NCBI GenBank assembly: GCA_037441385.1 | Contig: JBBISH010000027.1 | Span: forward strand, 1 to 57,630 | Direction of reading: 5' to 3' | DNA length: 57,630 bases | From: Myxococcales bacterium | GTDB lineage: Bacteria > Myxococcota_A > UBA9042 | Shown here: one piece after another, positions 53,194 to 57,630 of the stretch | Numbering within the stretch: the stretch's first letter is position 1 | Layout: each line of letters starts with the position of its first letter | Translations under genes and position numbers: made by a program | Notes under the pieces: model-generated | Database searches by the model: none | The model's input: only the letters and a program-made list of their open reading frames with translations | What the model was told of the DNA's origin: nothing

Positions 53194-55896
53194 ATGCCCC
53201 GCCCCGACCAAGATAGCGAGTCCGCGCGCCGCGAGCACGCCGACGGGTTGCTCCGCGCCCTGCAGCGCCACGACGCCCGCCGCGAACGCGCGCGCCTGCG
53301 GCTGTTCTTGGGCGCCTGCCCGGGCGTGGGCAAAACGGTGGCGATGCTCGAAGACGCCAAGGCGCGGGCGGCGCGCGGACAAAACGTGCTGGTTGGCTTG
53401 GTCGAGACCCACGGCCGCCGCGAGACCAGTGAGCATGTGGGCCCACTGCCGCAGTTGCCACGGCGACGCGTCGACTACCGCGGCATCGTGCTCGACGAAT
53501 TCGACCTCGATGGCGCCCTTCAGCGCCGGCCCGACATCGTGCTGGTCGACGAGCTGCCGCACACCAACGCGCCCGGCAGCCGCAACGCCAAGCGCTGGCA
53601 AGACGTGGTCGAGCTGCTCGACGCAGGCATCGAGGTGTGGACCACGGTCAACGTCCAACATCTCGAGAGCATGCACGACGTGGTGGCTCAAGTAACGGGC
53701 ATCAGCGTCGCCGAGACAGTGCCCGATGGGGTGCTGGACCGCGCCGACGAGGTCGTGCTCATCGACGCCTCGCCCGAAACTCTGCTCGACCGGCTGCGTA
53801 CGGGCAAGATCTACGCCCCCGACGTGGCCCGGCGCGCCGAGCAGCAGTTCTTCAAGGTCGGCAACCTGCTGGCCCTGCGCGAACTTGCGCTGCGCTGCAC
53901 GGCCTGCCGCGTTGACGACGAAGTACAGGCGTATCGGCAAGACGCCGCGGTCGCCGGCACCTGGGCGGTCCACGAGCACGTGCTGGTGTGCGTGAGCGCC
54001 GCGCCAACCTCGCGGGCGGTGGTGCGGGCCGCGCGGCGGCTGGCCGATGGCCTCAAGGCCCCTTGGACGGCGCTGGCGGTCGATGTCGTGCATTCGGCGT
54101 GGGGCCACGACAACCGGGCGCGGGTCGCCGGGCACCTGGCCTATGCCGAGAGCCTGGGCGGTCAAAGCCGCGTGGCTTATGCGCAAACCGCCGCCGACGG
54201 CATCATGGCGCTGGCGGGCGAGCTCAACGCGACCCGGGTCGTAGTGGGGCGGCCGACCCACCCTCGCTGGCGCGATCGAGCCTTTGGCTCGCTGATCGAT
54301 GACGTAGTGCGCCGTAGCCAGGGCCTCGAAGTCCACGTGGTGCGCACCGATCCGGCGCCGGCCGAGACCACAGCCGCGCCCAAGCCGCACGCCACCGACC
54401 TGCGGCCGTGGTTCGAGATGCTGGTGGTGGTCGCGCTCGCCACGGTCGTAGCCGCGGCGATCGACGGGATCCTGCCGTTCTCGCAGCTGATCATGGTGTA
54501 CTTGCTGGGCATGGTGGTGGTCGCAGTGCGCTGCGGTTCGGCACCCTCGTGGGTCGCGGCCGGGCTGTCGGTCGCGGCATTCGATTTTTGCTTCGTCCCG
54601 CCGCGCGGCACCTTTGCCGTCTCGGACGTGCGCTATCTGCTTACGTTTGCCGTGATGTTCGTGGTGGGCATCGTCGTCAGCGGCTTGACCGATCGCCTGC
54701 GCCGCCAGGTGATTTTTGCTCAGCAGCGCGAGCGCCATGTGGCGCTGCAGGCCACCTTGACCCGCGAACTGGCGGCAGCGGCCCGCCTGACCGATGTGGC
54801 CGAGTTGGTGGCAGGCCCGATCGAGCAGCAGTTGGGCACGCCGCTGCGCTTGGTCGAGACCTCGGGCAACTTGGTGGCATGCAGCAAAAACCTCGACGTG
54901 GTGTGGTCGATGGCTGATCGGGGCCGCGCGGTGTGGAGCGCCGAGCGCGGCGAACGCTGTGGCCGCGGCACCCAGCACCTGGCCGACGGCGATTGGACGC
55001 TACTGCCCGTGGCGCTTGCTGGGCAGACCTTGGCGGTGTTGGCCGCGCACGCCAAGGCCGACCGGCAGCGCGATCCCGCCGACTGGCCGACTCTGGAGGC
55101 GATGACCGGGCAGCTTGGCCAGGCTCTCGCGCGCATCGCCGCCGCCGAGCAGGCCGCCAGCACGGAGCGCCGCGCCGAGCGCCAAGAGCTGCTGAACACG
55201 ATGCTGAGCGCGGTGTCGCACGACCTCCGCACGCCGCTTGCGGCCCTGGCCGGCTCCATCGACACCCTGGCGCGGACCCACGGCGACGACGGCGACCTCC
55301 AGCAAACCTTGCTTGCCAGCTGCCGGCAGCAAATCGACCAGATGGACATGCAGATTCACAACTTGCTCGAGATGTCGCGGATCGAGACGGGCGAGCTGCG
55401 GCTGCACACCGAGTGGAATTCGCTCGAAGAGCTGGTGGGGACGGCCCTGCAGAGGTGCGAGCGGCTGTTGGGCGGTCGGCCGGTGAACGTACAGCTGCCG
55501 CCCGACCTGCCCCTGGTGAACTGCGACGCGCGCGCCATCGAACAAGTCATAGTCAACATTATCGAAAACGCGTGCAAGTACTCGGCGGCGGGCCAGGCCC
55601 TGGCGATCGCGGCGTGGGCGGCGCCGGGGCGCATTGAACTCGCTATCGCCGACGAAGGGCCGGGGTTCGAACCGGGTGACCTTGCCAACTTGGCCGACCG
55701 CTTCTTCCGCGGCACCGAAGGTCGGGCGCGGGGCGGCTTTGGCCTGGGCCTGGCGATCTGCCGCGCGCTGCTGGAGGCCCACCGGGGCTCGTTGACCTTT
55801 GGCAATCAACCGAAAGGCGGGGCGCGCGTGACGCTGAGCCTGCCGTTGGAACCCGCCCCGGCGGTGCCGGCGATTGGATCCTGCAATGAAGACTAA
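53194..55896 (+). CDS. kdpD: Sensor histidine kinase KdpD
   Basis: GACPGVGKT, ETHGR, LVDELxHTN, a USP domain, four TM segments, SHDLRTPL and GLGL. Confidence 0.96.
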   Translation: MPRPDQDSESARREHADGLLRALQRHDARRERARLRLFLGACPGVGKTVAMLEDAKARAARGQNVLVGLVETHGRRETSEHVGPLPQLPRRRVDYRGIVLDEFDLDGALQRRPDIVLVDELPHTNAPGSRNAKRWQDVVELLDAGIEVWTTVNVQHLESMHDVVAQVTGISVAETVPDGVLDRADEVVLIDASPETLLDRLRTGKIYAPDVARRAEQQFFKVGNLLALRELALRCTACRVDDEVQAYRQDAAVAGTWAVHEHVLVCVSAAPTSRAVVRAARRLADGLKAPWTALAVDVVHSAWGHDNRARVAGHLAYAESLGGQSRVAYAQTAADGIMALAGELNATRVVVGRPTHPRWRDRAFGSLIDDVVRRSQGLEVHVVRTDPAPAETTAAPKPHATDLRPWFEMLVVVALATVVAAAIDGILPFSQLIMVYLLGMVVVAVRCGSAPSWVAAGLSVAAFDFCFVPPRGTFAVSDVRYLLTFAVMFVVGIVVSGLTDRLRRQVIFAQQRERHVALQATLTRELAAAARLTDVAELVAGPIEQQLGTPLRLVETSGNLVACSKNLDVVWSMADRGRAVWSAERGERCGRGTQHLADGDWTLLPVALAGQTLAVLAAHAKADRQRDPADWPTLEAMTGQLGQALARIAAAEQAASTERRAERQELLNTMLSAVSHDLRTPLAALAGSIDTLARTHGDDGDLQQTLLASCRQQIDQMDMQIHNLLEMSRIETGELRLHTEWNSLEELVGTALQRCERLLGGRPVNVQLPPDLPLVNCDARAIEQVIVNIIENACKYSAAGQALAIAAWAAPGRIELAIADEGPGFEPGDLANLADRFFRGTEGRARGGFGLGLAICRALLEAHRGSLTFGNQPKGGARVTLSLPLEPAPAVPAIGSCNED

Positions 55897-56605
55897 CACT
55901 GTCCAACCGCAAGTGGCGATTCTGGTCATCGAGGACGACCCCGGCATCGGTCACATGCTGCGCCTCGCCCTTTCGGCCGAGCACTACTGCGTCAACGTCG
56001 CAACAACAGGCTCGCAGGGCCTTACGCTGGCTGCGCAATCGCTGCCCGCCGTAATCTTGCTCGACCTGGGGCTGCCCGACCTGGATGGCATGACCGTCAC
56101 GCGCAAGCTGCGCGAGTGGACGACCACGCCCATTTTGATTCTCTCAGCTCGCGGCCAAGACGCCGATAAAGTCGCTGCGCTCGACGCGGGCGCCGACGAC
56201 TACTTGACCAAGCCCTTTAGTCTTCCCGAGTTGCTGGCGCGGATTCGCGCGGCGCTGCGCCACCACGCGGCGCCCATCCTCTCCTCGCCGCGGCTGCAGG
56301 TGGGCGACCTGTGCGTCGACCTAGCCGGCCGCATGGTGTGGCGCGGCGGGACCGAAATCCACCTGACGCCGACCGAGTACGAACTGCTGGCCGAACTGGT
56401 GCGCCACGCCGACCGGGTGCTCACCCACCGCCACCTGCTCGCGGCCGTGTGGGGGCCGGCGGCCATGGAGCAGAGCCACTACCTGCGCGTGTACATGGCG
56501 GCTCTGCGCCACAAGCTCGAGGCCGACCCGTCGCGACCGCGCTACCTGACCACCGAGTCGGGGGTGGGCTATCGTCTGCGCACCGAGTTCAGCCGCGGGG
56601 GCTGA
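55886..56605 (+). CDS. kdpE: Response regulator KdpE
   Basis: LLDLGLPDLDG, GADDYLTKPF, HLTPTEY, HYLRVYMxxLRxKLE and GVGYR motifs. Confidence 0.96.
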   Translation: MKTNTVQPQVAILVIEDDPGIGHMLRLALSAEHYCVNVATTGSQGLTLAAQSLPAVILLDLGLPDLDGMTVTRKLREWTTTPILILSARGQDADKVAALDAGADDYLTKPFSLPELLARIRAALRHHAAPILSSPRLQVGDLCVDLAGRMVWRGGTEIHLTPTEYELLAELVRHADRVLTHRHLLAAVWGPAAMEQSHYLRVYMAALRHKLEADPSRPRYLTTESGVGYRLRTEFSRGG

Positions 56606-56851
56606 ATGACGTGGCGCCAAGTACGTCGGCAATCTGCATTCGGCTCGACCATGGTGCGCTGGTGTTGGTGCGCTGGTGTTGGCGGCAAGCCTTGAGTTTC
56701 CTAGACAACCGTTGCCCGCCGAACCCGCCCACATGGCCACCCACATGGCCGCCGAACCCAGTCCAGTCCGATTTCCTGAAAGAAAGGAATCCCCTGTCTC
56801 GGGCATCCGCAAAGGGTAGTGCTGCCGGCTTGGTTTGAACTGCAGCCCGAC

Positions 56852-57250
56852 CTACTTCGCCGGCTCCAGCAGGACCTCGCGCTCTACGTGAGACCACACG
56901 CAACACCCGCAGGTCTTGGCCGGTTCGCGAACCAGCGCAAGCTGGACGTCGGCGGGCGCGTAGCCATTGGCATGGACCGAAAATACAAGGACTCCTCCAT
57001 GGTTGGACGCAACGGTGTCCAAGATGGCGCAGTAGCCGTTTGTGCCGCACTGTCCCTCGACACCCACCAAAGACGCATCTCCAATGACCTGCTGGCTCTG
57101 GACGTCGCGAATCAGCAAAGTAACAGCGCGGCACTGCGTGCCCGGGCTGCAATTCGTCACGCAGCCCGTCAGTAAGTGGCCCATGAAGAGGCTTGCGACA
57201 AGCCACGCACCGGCCCGGCGAGTAACTGGCGCGAGAGTTGCACTGCGCAC
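56852..57250 (-). CDS. Small hypothetical Cys-containing lipoprotein
   Basis: Hydrophobic segment ending in LTGC; beta-rich body (VHANGY) reminiscent of carboxypeptidase-regulatory-like folds. The start is uncertain. Confidence 0.45.
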   Translation of the reverse strand: MRSATLAPVTRRAGAWLVASLFMGHLLTGCVTNCSPGTQCRAVTLLIRDVQSQQVIGDASLVGVEGQCGTNGYCAILDTVASNHGGVLVFSVHANGYAPADVQLALVREPAKTCGCCVWSHVEREVLLEPAK

Positions 57251-57630
57251 GTTGAACCCTGCTCGCCTGCGACGACAGAACCGCGTTCCCCAACGAACGT
57301 AAACTCCTCTGTCGCCCATTTGGCACCACTCTAGCCGCCCCTTGTGGTGGCGAGGCCTGAGCTTACGCCGCCAGCCAAGTCGGATCAACGCCGAGTCTTC
57401 TCTGAACTTCCAGCTGAAATACCATCGAGTTTCACGAAGTACCTTGCGAGGTCCAGACGGCCGGCCGCGCTGCGGCCGATCCGCACAACGGACACGAACC
57501 CGCAGGGCGGCGCCGCGTGTCACCGGCGCCCCAAAACCGCCCAAATCCGGCGAAAACCGCAAGCTCAGCCACGCGACCGTTCGGCACGTTGCCTGGCTCG
57601 CTCCTCGCGCTCTTGCTGACCGACGCGCGG

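Noticed and set aside
56606..56851. Short duplications (CCCACATGGCC x2) and possible RNA structure downstream of kdpE
   Set aside because: No recognisable RNA-family motif; too short to support a call.

Overview
High-GC bacterial chromosomal segment. Its gene content (giant Cys-repeat lipoproteins, an FHA-sigma54 activator, a class III cytochrome) suggests Myxococcota or another deltaproteobacterial lineage; this is an inference. From left to right it holds: an 11-kb gene for a 3683-aa Cys-rich repeat lipoprotein followed by a GT-C-like membrane protein; a eukaryote/Geobacter-type citrate synthase; a sensor-HAMP class III cyclase with guanylate-cyclase-type specificity residues behind a carotenoid-oxygenase homologue that appears to lack one iron-ligand His; HEAT and DUF1801 genes; a second Cys-repeat lipoprotein; a PAS-PAS-GAF-GGEEF diguanylate cyclase; a ~2.4-kb module (secreted protein, sigma54 promoter, FHA-EBP) bracketed by two 101-bp direct repeats that belong to a CTAG-bounded palindromic MITE/REP-like element; a Tat-exported DUF1501-like protein with a CxxCH lipoprotein, converging on an Ig-fused tetraheme cytochrome c3; a complete trpR-trpEGDCFBA-aroF operon with a visible promoter and operator; a pseudouridine synthase; two oxidoreductases; an ADP-ribosylglycohydrolase fragment; and a porin plus kdpFABCDE block sharing TTGAC-N6-TTGAC boxes. 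I saw no rRNA, tRNA, CRISPR array or transposase. All family assignments come from motif recognition by eye, not from database searches.
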